64,000 nucleotides of DNA from Takakia lepidozioides (Eukaryota > Plantae > Bryophyta), in NCBI GenBank assembly GCA_030704615.1, contig CM060733.1, positions 37,448,001 to 37,512,000 of the forward strand, read 5' to 3'. Shown here piece by piece: positions 24,134 to 38,522 of this stretch. The position numbers and the translations under genes were made by a program. Under the pieces are notes generated by a model that saw nothing but the letters and a program-made list of their open reading frames with translations, was not told where the DNA came from and did not search any database. Position 1 is the first letter of the stretch. Each line of letters begins with the position of its first letter.

Positions 24134-27100
24134 AGAAATCCAAGTGGGACAAGGGGGAGAAAAGTTCCTGTGGAGCCAGGTTGTGGGGTTTGATGGGTGG
24201 AGGGAGTCTTGGTACAATGGCTACACTTGTAGATTTAAATTCACAGGAAAGATTCAATGAAGGATTTCATACCCTTCCTCATCTCATTTTATATCTGTTT
24301 GTTAGTGCAGGCAGCTGACTCATCCCCATAGATTGGCGTCCAGCATGACCTTGGCATCTCAGACTTATCTCTGCCCCTCCCATTTCTTTCTCTCCCGTGT
24401 AAAAATGATTTCCAAGTTAGACAGGTTAGGTCAAAGTGGTATTCCAGTTGCCCAGCCTGTCAAAGTGATGGGAAAGTATGAAGGGTTGTAAACATTGTGC
24501 ACTGAAGGCCTGAAATGCACAAAGTAAAAGTCATTGTCTATCAATAGTGCAAGAGTACTTCTGATGTATGCACAGTTGAGGTGGCCAAATAGGTTGTTTG
24601 GTGGTTGCTGCATAGATTGTATGTATTGAAAGTTGTAGTAGACTGCTCTCCCTCCCATCACCTATAAACAGCAGTAGATCTTCATTGATTTGGAAAATGT
24701 TTGCTCATCAAATCACTTGGAAACTAAGTGATTATGTTCTTCTTTTTGCAGCAATTCAAAACTGATAATTATAGCATGGTTGTCATATGTTCAGAGATTA
24801 GATTTGAGGTCTTGCAGGTTTTGATGACCTTTATAGCGAACAGTTCTTGGATGAGTTTCAATGTCCAACCCTGACTAAATTCTGTAGGCGTTCATGGTTA
24901 ACTATCGGATTGTGGGTTGTTGATTACATAGTAAGGTCAAGTGAAGCTGACTACTTCATTGAGAGCTGCAAAATCCTTCCTACTGCCTGCCCACTCCATA
25001 TTATGCACCTCCTACACATTACAGTTTTACACAGTAGATATTGCCATGTTTTTCAAGAATGAATGGCCAGATTTACGTCAGCTTGCCCTTTTCGCCCTGG
25101 AACCATCCCTGTAGGAATCATTCCGCCTTGTTACGTCCGGGGCACAATGATCCCTCAGGGCTTAGCCACAGTGGGGACAATGGCCCAGGATTTCAAGACT
25201 AAGTCAGGAGGCCAGGCATTACATTGGTAATGTCGGGTTAACACTTGATAAAGTTTGATAATATTAAGATCTTAGACTGAAATGGAAAAGTTTATTTCAA
25301 AAGATATTCTATATCCCTCTCTCTGAACTCTGTACCCTTCTCCTCATGTTAAGTTTGGCAAGCAGGGCTCTGCTCCTCCTTTTCTATAATGTAGTTTTCT
25401 TTTCTTTTCTTTTCTTAATTTTGATGCAACTGAGTCATACTGGTACAATTTATTGGTTTTAAATGTGTAACCTACTATCAAAGTGAATGTTGGGAAAAAA
25501 CTAAAGTGAATGTTGGAAAGTTTTTCGAAAAAACTCATCCTAAAGAAAAAAGAAAAAAGGAAAACCAGAAGTCGTTAACATTAATGGGATTGTCTTTAGT
25601 TAACATTAATGGGATTGTCTTTAGCCAACCCGCAGCCAAAGCACATTGAATATTGAATTGAAGACATTCATTTTGAGCGCTGTATATTCATCCACTCAAA
25701 TATGGAGAGGGAGAGAAGACTCCAGCTAAATAAGAACTGCTTCCTGGTCAGCAGAGTACCTAGTGTCCCTGTCTCTAAGTTTGCAACATGAATTTAAATA
25801 TATATAATTATTTTTATTACTTGATATTTGAGACCATTATGTCGCATTATTTTTGTATAGAAGTTGTCCAATTAAAATATAATAATATCCAACTTGGGCA
25901 GTCCAAATCTGGAAAATATCTTAACTACTACCCACTGTCTGAATGGAATTACCAGTTTACTACTCTACATAAATCCTATACTAGAATTTTAAATTTAAAT
26001 TGTAAAGTTTAAATTTGATTGCATGCTTTTTGAAAGTCTTGGTAAGTAAATTGTGTGTCCACTGATTAGTACACTGATGAACTGGTAACTAATATTGGAT
26101 AAACACTGCTAATCAGGTTTTTAGTTGGTATCCAATAGGATCAAAGGGACAACAATTTGGTGGTTATCTACTAATTAAAGAAAGTGCCTATTGTGGCGCG
26201 CGCATCAAAGCGAGTAACTATGACTTGAAGGGGAGCTTACCGAAGTGAGGTGCGCGACACTTGGTACCACCAAACTGGACTACCAAATTAGAATTCATCC
26301 TAAATAGGTGCTCTAATTAGAGCTAATTAAAATTAATATAACTGAACTCAATCACCTCGTTGAGTGAAGTCGCGTTAATTCCATATAACTCTAGTAGTGA
26401 GATCAATTTGGTTACTTGGTAATTTAGATTCATTGGAGGTAAAATGGAAGGCTATATATACCCAAATATCCAGGATAACCCATAATTATCATCAGCCCTT
26501 ATTTGTAACACCAGTAGATACATGACATAAACAGCCATTGAGCACATATTGCCCCATCGATATATGTATTAGGTATATACATACTTACGTTTATGACTAT
26601 CAGTGTCGCTACTGAGAAAAACCCAATTTGCTCTTTTCATGAATTTGCAGTGACAAAAAATACTTGAAACTCAATATCTCTCACACTGTAGGTCCAAAAA
26701 TTATTAAACCACCTTGATGCATGAGGGCTTTCCGACTGTATTAAGATTGAAGCGATCTCAATGACAAAACTAAATAACAAACTACCTTGCTTAATATTAT
26801 ATTATACATATATAAGCATTAAAACCCACTTATATAGTGCAGAAAATTAAACCTAATGATAATGAACCAAAGAGCAATAAACATTCTCATATAATGATGA
26901 ATCAAATAGAAAACAGCCTGAGGCCATCATACCCCCTCAAGTCTCAAACTGAAACGTAACTGCCAATACACACTGGATTAGTGACCCAGAAATTAGTATG
27001 CTTGCTGGGAGAGGGCAGCCTAAAGGACTTAAATTGTGTCTCTCACATGCATTCAATTTTGACTACATGTTGTTTGTTGGCCTTCTTCACATTGAGTGCA

Positions 27101-27369
27101 ACAGTGATGGACAGTCTTATTCATATGACCCCCAAATACTCATGAGAATGAACCAATCTAACGTCTAGCGGTTATAATTGGCAATAGTGGGCCTTGTTTG
27201 TGCAACATGTCATGGTCCCTTCTTTACTCAAGTGGGTCCTGGCCCTCCGAGCGAAAGGATCTAGTTTAACCCCTTCCAATCTTCCAACAAGGACCTACAA
27301 TTATGGTTTCCAAGCGATCGTCTAAGTCTTTGATCATCTAGTACACTAGACTTTGCTTTATGGGTGAGG

Positions 27370-29690
27370 GTGACCCACGTGGGTCTCTGAGATTTTCATG
27401 GCGAATACGAAGGAATGCTTTCAGTCCGATTCTAGTATTGGTCATGATGTAGGACCACACATCTAGTCCACGTAAGTTGTAGGAATGCAACTCATTCTAT
27501 CATCCCATCAGCTCTGCACATCACCATGTGGCTGTGACTCTTTGACTTAAAGCTCTAGCAACTTGGATGGAGGGGACCATAATGGATAATTAGGTGCCTC
27601 AGGTGGCTTCTTAACTTCTGGTAATTTCCTGTAAGTCAAGGAGTGTTTCAATCCAATACTTGTACCCAGCATGATGCAGAACTGTCTCCACTCCATGTTC
27701 TGAAAACCTCCTTTATGAAAGTAACTACTTTCTCATACGAGGATCCAAGAAGCTTGCAGATCACCACATAGCTTTGACATACGTTTTAGTGGTGGATGGA
27801 GGTGACCTTGATGGATCAGGACTGCTAATCTTAGTCCAATACTTGTACAACATGATGCAGGACTACGTCCACTCCTGACTGTTCACCCTTTAGGACGGCA
27901 ACCCATTCTCATACGAGGATCCATCAGCTATTGCAGGTCACCACGTGGGCTTTCCTTAAGTTTTTAGCAGTGGATAGAGGGGACCCTGATGGATCAGGTG
28001 CCTCCTGTGACTTAGCAAGTTCTGACAGTTGCTTGAAAGAATGCTTTCAAGCCTATACTTGTACGTCCCAGAATGATTCAGGAGACGTCCATTTCACCGA
28101 GGTCCTGCAAATTGAGCTGGGAGTGCTGCAACCTATTCCAATACCTGGATCCACCAGCCATTGCACATCACCACGTGGCTTTGATTTGAGGTGTAGCATT
28201 CTGGATAGAGGAGATCCTGATGGATTAGGCGTCGCTTCGCAAGTTCTGACAGTTGCTTGAAAGAATGCTTTCAGTCGGACACTTGTACGTCCCAGCATGA
28301 TTTAGGACCACGTCCATTTCAATGAGGTTCGGCAAATTGAGCTGGGACTACAACCTATTCAAATACTACGAGCCACCAGCCTCCATTGCAGGGCACCACG
28401 TGGGTTTGATTTGAGTTTTAGGCGCTTCGCGAGTTCTGGCAGTTGTTTGAAATAATGCTTTCAATCCCATACTTGTCCCCAGCACGATTCAGGATCATGT
28501 CCCTTTCACTGAAGCTCTAAAAATTGAGCTAGGACTGCAACCTATTCTACCATGAGGATCCATCCGCTATTGCAGGTCACCAGTCACCACGTGGGTTTGA
28601 TTTAAGATCTAGCAGTGCATAGAGGAGACCCTGATGGATCAGGTGCCACACATTGCTTCGCAAGTTCTGACAGTTACTCAAGAAATTAAGAATTCTTTCA
28701 TTTGATACTCGTACCCAGCACGATTGAGGACCACGTCCAATTCACTGAAGGGCTGAAAATTGAGCTACGACTGCAACGTATTCTACTACAATGATCCATG
28801 TCAGCTATTTCAGGTCACCACGTGGATTTGACTTAAGATTTAGCAGTGGAATATAGAGGAGATCCTGATGGATCAGGTGCCTCACGTCGCTTTTCAAGGT
28901 TCTGACAGTTGCTTGAAAGAATGCTTTCAATCCGATACTTGTACCCAGCATGATGCAGAACCACGTCCATTTCACTGAAGCACTGAAATTCGAGGTAGGA
29001 CTGCAACTATTCTATTCTAATACGAACACCACCAGCTATTGGAGATCACCACGTGGCTTTGACTTTATGTTTTTCCAGGGGACCCTGCTGGATAGGGTGC
29101 CTCAGGTTGGGCTTAGAAAGTTCTGACAGTTTCTTGAAATGCTTTCAATCTGATATGTACTTGTACCCTGTATGATTCAAATTCACGTCCATTTCACTGA
29201 AGTTATGAAATTCGAGCTAGGACAGCAACTATTCTATTCTAATATGATCACCACGTGGGGATTTGACTCATAGGTTAGCAGAGTATGGAGGTGACCCTGA
29301 TAATCGATCAGGCCACTCACTTCGCTTCCTATCAAGTTCCTACAATTGAGGAATGCTTTCAATTCAGTGCAAGTTTGTACTTAGCCCACTGCAGATCCAC
29401 GGCCAATTCACTCGAGTCCATTCAATGGATCCCACCAGCTAATGCGGATCAGCACGTGGCTCTGTCTCAAGGTTTAGTGGTGGAAGCCGGCGACTCTGAT
29501 GGATTAGGCCACTGTTGTCGCTTGTCAAGTTCCTACAATTGTTTTCAATCAACTACTTGACGTACCCATCATGATGCAGAACCACGTCCATTCCACTCAT
29601 CAATTTCCGAAAGCCACCTAGCTGTTGGAATGCTGCATTCCATCTAATACGAGGATCCCACCAGTTATTGCAGATCACCACGTGGTAAAG
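27370..29690. repeat. Diverged tandem array, ~11 units of ~180-240 bp (commonly 231 bp), each with CACCACGTGG or a close variant
   Basis: Recurring blocks GAATGCTTTCAATCCGATACTTGTACCCAGCATGATGCAGAACCACGTCC, GATCACCACGTGG and GACCCTGATGGATCAGGTGCC. CCACGTGG or variants at ~27523, 27763, 27941, 28171, 28396, 28587, 28818, 29049, 29251, 29452 and 29678. Confidence 0.9.
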
Positions 29691-31644
29691 TTATGTCCAT
29701 CTATCACAACAATCATTGGATGCACTGTATAAAAAAGTGCCAATCTCGGTGCCAATGATTCGTTATTAGAATGTGCACACGACTCTTGTCCGAGGAGCTC
29801 TAGATTACATGAGCGCAATTGAAAGATCAGAAATTTGTCTTTTAGCAACGTAGTTCAAGGGTGTCGCGATCCCAGGAGGTTACCTCCACACGAGAGGATC
29901 CAATGAAAGTCTTCTATGAGGAATTGTCTTGTAAGCTAATTTTATAAGTACTGTTCAAAGCCTGTCGCTATCGATCTCCAGATGGTGTTCTCCACACGCG
30001 AGTTCTATACCTATTCCTCGGATGATCGCTTACCTCACGATCCAAAATAGGAGGGATTCTCACTACCAACACGTGTGCATTCTGATTTACCACTCAAACG
30101 TCTACCTTAATGGGACCTTATACCATGTCAAAATCACATCTACTGCTCACTGCCAGCCTTCCTATTTTTGCTCCAAGCTGTACTGTGAGAAGACCCCTCC
30201 ATTTCTGCTAACATACTGACTAGTCCAGCAGGTCAGCTTCGTCTTAAACCACAGCTCCTGGTCCAACAGGTAGCCTTCTTCTTGCAAAAACATAATTCCT
30301 CATTCCTTGTCCAGAAGTACGCATGGTTGAGAATTAAGATAGCATCTCCACGCAGTGTTTGAATGTGCAGACTTGGACTTTGAAACTAAGTTAACGATTT
30401 GTAACGGAAGCCAATAGCCCTTAGGGAAGAAGTGAGCCCACAATTGATTCGGCGGAGTCACCCTTTAAGGATTTGTATTCAAACATCCATGTTGAACTCC
30501 TGAATTCCTGATAGGCACCTCGCACTAAGATCTTGTACTCAGTCCATCAAGTTTCTCCCCATAATCAGTGCATAGGGTTCAATAAGCCAGTGTGACCAGT
30601 GGACTGCAGATTTGACAGGGCCTCCCCTGAGCCTCCAGACACTGAAGGGAGAACCCCTTCACTTCCTTCACTGTCCTTCCTATACCCCAGCAAATCTGTG
30701 TCTACAGACACCCAAGGCTCAAACTTGGAAGGATGGTCCTTGATCCCAGAACTGGAGTTCCCATGACAAAGTTAGGCGAAGTCTCCAGCAACAAAATCCT
30801 ACAGTGCTTGTGGTGTACATGGTATGGATGAGCCCAAGCACAGTTTGATGTTCTCTAACAGCTCTAGCGACTCATGTTTGTGTCAACAACAGCCTTTGCC
30901 TAGGTAGAATCTTAGCCTCCCGTGAGCAAAAAATTCGCATATCAACTAAGAAAAAATATTTCTGTGGTAGCTTGCAGGGCACAACAACAGTGATGAGGAC
31001 ACACGTACACAAATCCCAAATGAATAGCAACAAGCTAGACCACAGGCAAGGAGACTGAAATGAAGGATGGCTGAGCATCAAGCTTCTGTCTTTACCAAAA
31101 CCCAGGAACTCCCCATGTGCCAGATTAAAAGACAACTGAGTGTCACAATCTACATTCCAAGAGGGCCCTGCAGGGAGGAGGCCCAAGCCCTCCTATACCA
31201 GAAAACTTTGATTACAAACACAGCATTACTGGCCATCTACTTATGGCCATAAAAATGGCAATGTTGGGTTACCTCTTGTACTCATTCCCCACATTCATTC
31301 CAGCACGCTTTTGGTGCAGATAAGCTAGAAACTGCTTGGGGCTGGGTTCTTCTCTTAAGACAGAGCACACATGCATTTCTACAACAATCTAACTCTGCAG
31401 AGTTCCAGGCCCCTTTGAGACTCCATTAGTGAGCTCCACCTTCGGCCACCTAGAGCAGAGTTGTCTAGAACAGGTCTGTTCTCATCAAATCTGTACGAGC
31501 ATCCCACCTCCAGACCTATCAGCGATCCACCTTGTCCCTCCCTGTGTTGCTTGCTCTCTCCCTCTCAACATACAAAGGTGTCTTCCCCATGGAACCCTCC
31601 TTTACAATTTCTCTTTGTGTCATTCATATGAAGTAAGGTAAGGC

Positions 31645-34600
31645 CTATGGGCGGCATGCATGACAGTCATCATCAGATTCACTGTCAGAGGAACTGAGGC
31701 CCGAAGAAAGGCTCCCGATGCTGCCCACCTGGAGGTCCCCCCGGGTTTCCTTTAGTCGGTGGCTGCTGGGATTACTTATGGCTGGTGAAATTGCCATCAA
31801 CCGCATGCGCTGCATTCACAAATCAGATAACCACCACGTTTCAGAGAGAGTGAGCGGAAAATTTGAAAGCACTTGAAACCAAGTTTTCAGCTAAGATTTC
31901 AGCAAACCTGCCAATGTTCAGGTCAGAGGTTGCATATACCAACCTCCTCATTACTGCAGATGAATTGTCTCATCATCTTTATCTTACTGGTGTTATGCAA
32001 ACCTTTGATAACTGTTCTAGCACACTAATGTCTTCACTCCATGCTAAATTGTTTCCGAGTCACGTCCACCCACCTTGCCTCAGGGTACATGTCCACTGAG
32101 ACTCAACACGAACCCGCAATAGCCCTCAGTGCACAGCCCCACTAAATGACAAGCCCAACAAAAACAACCACTTCATGGATCTCTTTTCAATGCACTTGAC
32201 CTCAATGTGGGGAGCTGCTTCGGAGTTTGTTCATGACCTACACACATGGCCAGAATACCAGGAATCCTTCTGCTCAAACTTGCTTCGAGCAACTGGTATA
32301 TTCCTTCCAGGACTTGGCAGCCATAGCCCGGTGAACTATGTCAACTCAGTGCATCTGGGTCTACTGCCTCTTGTAGCCAACATCACCAAGAAGGCCAGAT
32401 TGATCAAGACATTCACACTACTGCTCAGGGGCACAAAGCTTTTATGTACACCTCTTCGGAATTGGGGAGTGAGTGTAAGGAGCAAGATGGCTCATCCTCA
32501 CAACACGGACCAAAATTCAAATTACTACAAAGTCCAAGGAAGTCAAGTTTTCTATGTTCATGATGCAAAATGACAACTCTTGTGTGCAATTTTAGGTCCC
32601 CAGATTGGGCATGCAAGTCAAAAGGGAACCAAGAGCGTAACCCTAGACAACAAGGATCAGCAATTGACAGATAAACCCCTAACCTAGAGAGGCCAAAGTT
32701 GCACATCATTGCCTCCTCACCAAATGCACAAACCAATAGCTTCCCTTGCAAACCTGGAGAGGTAAGGTGAAGCTCTGCAAGTCCAGAACACAAATTTCAA
32801 ATGATACTGTCCCAATACAAGCCCATCAGGTCCTTTGGCTAGAACACGAAGGCAGGATGAAACGTCCTACAAGCCCAGCACACCAGCAGTTGGAAACAAC
32901 CACTCTGGTTAGCTGATATACTCTAGCATGCATGTTTTGGAAGTCCTACCTCCTGGTAAGCCTACCTCCTGGTAGCCTACCTCCCGGTAGAAGGCGTTGA
33001 TCTCCTCCTCGGTCAGCGCTTCCTCGCCACCCTCTGTACTCTCCTCCCATCCAAGTGATCTCAAAAATGCAGCCTCTTCCTCTTCTGAAGCTGTGGCCCC
33101 ACCAGGGGCTACCCGAGATTTTGTTTCCGGCTGCTTAAACAGATGCTGGTCTGTCTCTCCCTCAAGTATGAGCCCATTGCTAGGAATCTCTTTTCCCTTC
33201 ACCTCATTGTTGTTGTAGAGTTGGTCTATGGAGGCAGGCATGTCGGACTTTGTGGAGGGACTCAACTGAATATCCCCGTTCTCTGACTCAAGTAAGCCAA
33301 CTTGTGAGTTCCTTCCTCCTTCCTCAGGGAAAACTACCCCTTCTTCGCTAATAGTTGATCCGGTTTCTTTGCCATTTACAATATCACTCTTTCTCTGTGT
33401 CACCACATCTGGCTTATCTACAGTACTGGGCGTGGCTCCCAAACCAGCTGCTGCCCTCTTTCTAATTGCATTGAAGAAATCGACGCGGTTTTGCGCCTGC
33501 ACAGGGGGGCGTCGGTCTTCAGTCCCAGCTGCTATGCCAGAGTTTCCGTCCTTGGGACGTACACTCCCCATGTTACCATCAGAAGACCCTACTGATACAG
33601 AAATTGGAGGGATAGGCACTGCACGACGGTCCAGCAGCTGCTTTTGCTTGCGGGGCATAGTGGCAACCATTTTGCCTCCCCCCACTGCTGAAGTTGGACC
33701 AGTCAATCCAAGACTACCACCCACTAAAGTAGGTGCCCCCGTTGAAAGATCAGTCCTTGGGGTACTGCTAACTGGGGGGGATGGGAGGACTGGAGCTACC
33801 TCTTTGGTACTTTTACGGACCAAGATCTTACCCCCTTGTACAGGTTTTGGGGTCTCAGGCCGCTGTGGTGCTGGAGGACGGTAAGGGGAGCTTAAGAGCT
33901 GAGTAGAACCCATTGGCTGCCTCTGTTTCATGCCAGCTGGGGGTGCAACTACATCGGCCGCACGCACCGCCTTGGGTTTCATTTTGTCCCTTGGGCTTAG
34001 ACCCTGCACACATTTTCATGTTCATCGGGTAAGAAACTGGCTGCATCTCCATACACTCATAGCAACAACATTATAACAATGGAGGCGTAAAGAGGTGGAG
34101 TCGGATGCCGGCTCGGCAAAACACAATCATTAGCTTAGAACCTACAGCTCTCACCATACAGTTCTACATTTCTTGCATTGAAGACAAACTTCCTGGCCCA
34201 CTCACAAAGAAAATGGAAATTCCGATAATCTGGATGTAGTGAGGGGGTAAAAACCCAAAGAGATACGCTTGCAAAGACAAACTTGTCGATTGAATTAGGG
34301 GAATCGACAACTACAGAGGACGACATCACATTTGGGACACGTATACAGAAGGTGGGGCTGGCATGACGGATAACAAAATGTGCATAGCATTCCCAACTAA
34401 TGGCCAACATAAGAATGTGACTGAACCCACTTGCGCACAGCGAAACTCAATGCACACAACGACTGCTCCTAAGATACCACATCAAAATTGTTCCAGATGA
34501 AAGATGATTAACTGTGTGTTTTTGCAACTTCCATCATCATATTAGCACAAATACTACTCATCACAAATTACTGGTTACAGTTGTAGATGATGGACACTAC

Positions 34601-36062
34601 TAACTTCAAATAGCTTGCAATTTGTCCGCCCAAGTCAGAATCCATTCATGAATAGGCAAATGGTCACCCATTCCAACCCACAGTTGTAAGGACTTCATGC
34701 CTAAGGGGATTAGCCAACACAGTCAATGACAATGAGAGGACCCAATGTGCTGCACCTGTTCAAACGTAGACACACCGTTTGACTGGAAACAACCAACGAA
34801 AAGCAGATTTGTAACCCATGCTAAATGCTATTTTGGAGCTCACGGGAGTTATGAAACCCACCATATTCTTTGGGAGAACGGGTTTCATTGGAATAAGCTG
34901 CCTTGACTGCTTCAAAGCCAGCTCCTCCAGCCTCTGCATCTCTGCTGAATACTGCAACAAGAAAGTTACAAAATCAATTCCTAACTGCAGTTAGGGTTCT
35001 TGAGGCAATACATTTCAAGTGCAGTTTGTGTGGCCGTTTATCCCCAGTTAAACATTGCCCGATGTCCTAGGGCACAAGTCCCACAATTACTGAGTCTCGA
35101 GTCCTTTGTGAGAGTCAGACCTACAAAACTGGCAGTAACTGGACTCTCGGGTTTTCCAGACCGAACTCGAAAGGGCAGCATAGAAAGGTCTCCAACCTGG
35201 TCGTGGTAAGGCAGCCTCGGAGAAACTATCATATGAGAACTCCATGAACCTTCAACTGCCATACTTTCTCATGTGCATGAAAAACCCTCGACAACCTCAA
35301 ACTACTGTATACATACAGGCAGGGTGAGCAACCTGTTCAACAGACACAAGCCATGTGGCATGGCACAGCAGGCCAACAATCTCTCACCTGCGGTGGGGTA
35401 CGAACACGAGGTGGAATCTGTGCCAAGGCCTCAGCCATCTTTGGAGCGTTCATAGAGGTCCCCGACGAGGTGCCAGAGGGGGCGACGGATGATGCAGAGG
35501 AGGAGACAGACGGAATAGGAATCGCCGTGCCATTTAGGGCAGGAGGGTTGCCGGTAAGGCTGGAAGGAGCCTCAGCCAATGCAGAGCTCCAGCCTGTCCC
35601 ATCAAGTCTGGGGGAAGATGTGCCCTGCCAGAGAGGGCGGGGGCTCAGAACACACGCATTGCCCAAGTTTGACTGCACTACAGGCCCAGCACCCCCCCTC
35701 TCTTGAGCGCCAAGAGATGGAAAATTGCGCTCGAACGCCGCTTTCTGCATGCTACTCATAAGGCTACCACTAGTCGCTGGCGGGGCGGTCGGGAGCCCCC
35801 CGAGCTCCCCCCCACCCTTCTTCTCCCCATTTTCCGCCGGCCGCGCTGACCCCATGGACTGCGACCGCCGCAGCAATGGTCGCTCGGCTTCATACCTCAC
35901 CCCTGGAGCTGCCCCCAACCCAAGCCTTCGAAACGCTGACGCACTCACCAAGCGCTCCCGATCTCTCTCCCGCTCATCCATTCCCCCAAACCCCAACGCC
36001 CTCTCCCGATCTCGCCCCCCCTCCCGCTCTCTCTCACGATCCCATTCCCACTCCCTGTCCAT
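31645..36062 (-). CDS. Conserved uncharacterised plant protein (At1g36990-type; vasculin/GPBP1-like motifs); exons 36062-35388, 34951-34862, 34003-32981, 31809-31645
   Basis: Motifs FERNFPSLG, MAEALAQIPPRVRTPPQ, QRLEELALKQSRQLIPM, NRVDFFNAIRK, EEEEAAFLRSLGWEE..LTEEEINAFYRE and C-terminal SSGLSSSDSE. Phase-0 GT-AG introns. The start codon is uncertain. Confidence 0.8.
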
Positions 36063-36764
36063 CTCTCACCCTCCCATGCCCCTCCCCAACCCTCCCCCTC
36101 CACCTCCACCTCCACCACCTCCTCCTCCTCCCTCTCTCCCTCTCCCTCCCTGGACCTCCACAAAGCCCTCCCGGCCGCGTAATCTCCAGCTATGGTGGCG
36201 AGCCAGCCCCGTCTCTCTCCCTGCCTCCCTCGCTTTCTCTCTCGCCCTGTCTCTCCCTCTGTCTGTCTCGCTGGTTTTGCTGCGCGATGGCTCGGGGGGC
36301 CAGCAAACAAACAAGAATGCTCGCTCTCTGTTTAACGTCCCGTCTCTTGCCCTAAGCTGTCCCCCGTCCCCGGCTCGAATCCCCGCGGCCCCTCTTTCTG
36401 GTATATTCTCCCGAGGAAACCTCTGGAAGCACGGGACGGAATGGACGACGGTGTCGTTGTCATCATTATCCCGTACGGTACGGTCAGTCTGGTGTACTTG
36501 AAGTTCAAATCTTAATAATTTTTTATCTTTAATTTTTAATTTTTAATTATCTTAATAGGTAATAAACTTAGAAAAACAAAAAACTTGGAATATTTATATA
36601 TTAATTAATGTTCAATGTAGTACTAAGTAGTAACACGTTGGCATATGGAAACATTAATTGAATACTTTTTTTTCTTTTTTCTTTTTCTTTTTCTTTTTCT
36701 TTTTGGTGTGAGCGAAAATATATATGTGAGTCCCGTCTCACTGTGTTGTCCCTCCCTCCTTTCG

Positions 36765-36768
<4 letters not shown>

Positions 36769-36801
<33 letters not shown>
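36769..36801 (+). repeat. (CT)n microsatellite
   Basis: Uninterrupted CT dinucleotide run. Confidence 0.95.
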
Positions 36802-36804
<3 letters not shown>

Positions 36805-36999
36805 CTTCTCACACTTATTACAAGTTATGGAGCTTGTTCAGCATCTCGGCTCGCACACAGCCGCGGTGGCTATGGGCTACCTCTTGCATACTTTGGACCA
36901 CCATGGCTGATGATTTCTTACGTATGGCCAAATTATGACATTTTATTGGAAAATATCATTCGCTCGCAGTTCCGTTAGGGAGTCGTCAATAGGTAGACA

Positions 37000-37740
37000 G
37001 GAGACAAGTGCAATATCACCAACTGTAGGCCGTTCACCCTGCTCAAGTTGGTTACAAGATCATCGCCAAGGGCCTAGCAATTATGAGGCTTCAAAAGTTG
37101 CGTCCCTGCATCATACATCTACAGCAATTTGGTTTTTTATTAAGGGGTGCGTGGTCTTTTTGAGGATTTTGTTTTTGGCGGTAACGAGGCTTTGTACTTG
37201 GCCTCGTGCTCCAGCCAGTCTCTGGCCCTTCTTCTCGATTGTGAGAAGGGCTTTGATAAAAATCAAGTAGTTTGAGTTTTGTCTTGGGAGCCCTCAAGGT
37301 TGGGCATTCAGGGGAATGTCTGAGGGCTGCTTGAAAATAATCCTTCCCGCTAAAGCAATTGTTCGGCCCCTTGCTCCCTTCTTTTTTCTAATTGTAGCTG
37401 ACTGCTTGGGATATGCTAATTTTGATGTGAATCCCTGCATCAAAGGTTTGCACTCGTCGTCCATTCAACCTAATCTGGCTGATGTCAAGGTTATAATTAC
37501 TATCGTGTTTCTTGACAACTTCGATGTAGAGTGTGTGACGAGCGTTCTGGACACTTATTAGTCATGGTATTCCGCCAGACTGTCCCTCACAGGGATCGAG
37601 AGCTCTTATTGCGAACCAGGTGATTTTGGCTTCCATCTGGTCAATGAGCCCTTCGCTCTTCAAGAGGCTCAAAGCTCTGATGAGAAGTTTCATATATTGG
37701 GGGGGCTACCTCGGTGGATTCCAATCCTCATGCCATGGTC
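37000..37740 (+). mobile_element. Degenerate LINE (L1-type) reverse transcriptase fragment
   Basis: Remnant peptides GYKIIAKGLA, PLAPFFFLIVADCLG and SWYSARLSLTG/RALIANQVILASIW..KRLKALMRSFIYWGG, typical of non-LTR ORF2. Many lesions. Confidence 0.65.
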
Positions 37741-37829
37741 CGAAGGTTTATCACCAACTGCGTTCTTAACAACCTGTGATTCACTGAGACAACTGAAACC
37801 ACAAAATCCATGATTTTGCGGCATGGGTT

Positions 37830-38225
37830 GTTCGACTCTGGTGTCTACTCCATAAGGACCACTGTTGGCACTGCAAGGTGTTTGGTCTCATGTCTTTCTT
37901 CATTTCACAGATATATAAGCATGAAGGCTCACACCCGCTTTGATGAAATATTTCTGACCTGAAAGTGTCGCTTCAGATATCCTGACCCCCTCATCAAAGT
38001 GAATGACACTGACAATTAACACTGAGACTGTCAAGGTGGTGGAGTCATCAAGTTCGACATTGGCAACAATGTCATGGTGACTGTGGGGCATAACAGAGGA
38101 CTTGTCGGAATCATCCATACCCTTGTAAAGCATAAGGGAAGCTTGGACGTTATCCATGTCACTGACGCTGTGGGTCACCAGTTTGCCACTCGTTGTTCAC
38201 CATTGGGCAGGGAACCAAGCCCCGG
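37830..38225 (+). pseudogene. RPS4: 40S ribosomal protein S4 pseudogene fragment
   Basis: RYPDPLIKVNDT...[54 protein letters not shown] aligns by eye with the C-terminal half of eS4, with frameshifts and deletions. Confidence 0.85.
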
Positions 38226-38522
38226 GCCCTTCACCTAGTTTCACATAGTGTTGTGAATTTGATCAAACTCGTGACCAAGTTCACTATAACTTGCACCTTT
38301 TCTTTTAAAGAGACTTTGTAAATGCGCTGGATGTTCCCAAGTCAAATCACCCTTCTGGAATCCAGGGTTTCAAGTTTCACCCCCTCCGATATCTGTTGTG
38401 GCATCCTGTCAATACTTCACTGCATTGTGAGATACCACCTGGGCCAGCTTATGACTTCTTACAAACCTGTAGCCTGCATGTTTGAAGTAAAGCGCATTTT
38501 GTATTCCTGCATTTCGCTTGTT

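Noticed and set aside
26210-26226. Large-subunit rRNA fragment (GAGTAACTATGACT)
   Set aside because: Only ~14 nt match and the flanks are not rRNA-like.
27900-29100. Degenerate polyubiquitin (unit close to 228 bp; LHLKSKPRGD resembles LHLVLRLRGG)
   Set aside because: The rest of the unit does not align to ubiquitin and the motif spacing is wrong.
35725-36501. 258-aa Pro/Ser-rich plus-strand ORF
   Set aside because: Antisense shadow of the low-complexity first exon of the minus-strand gene.
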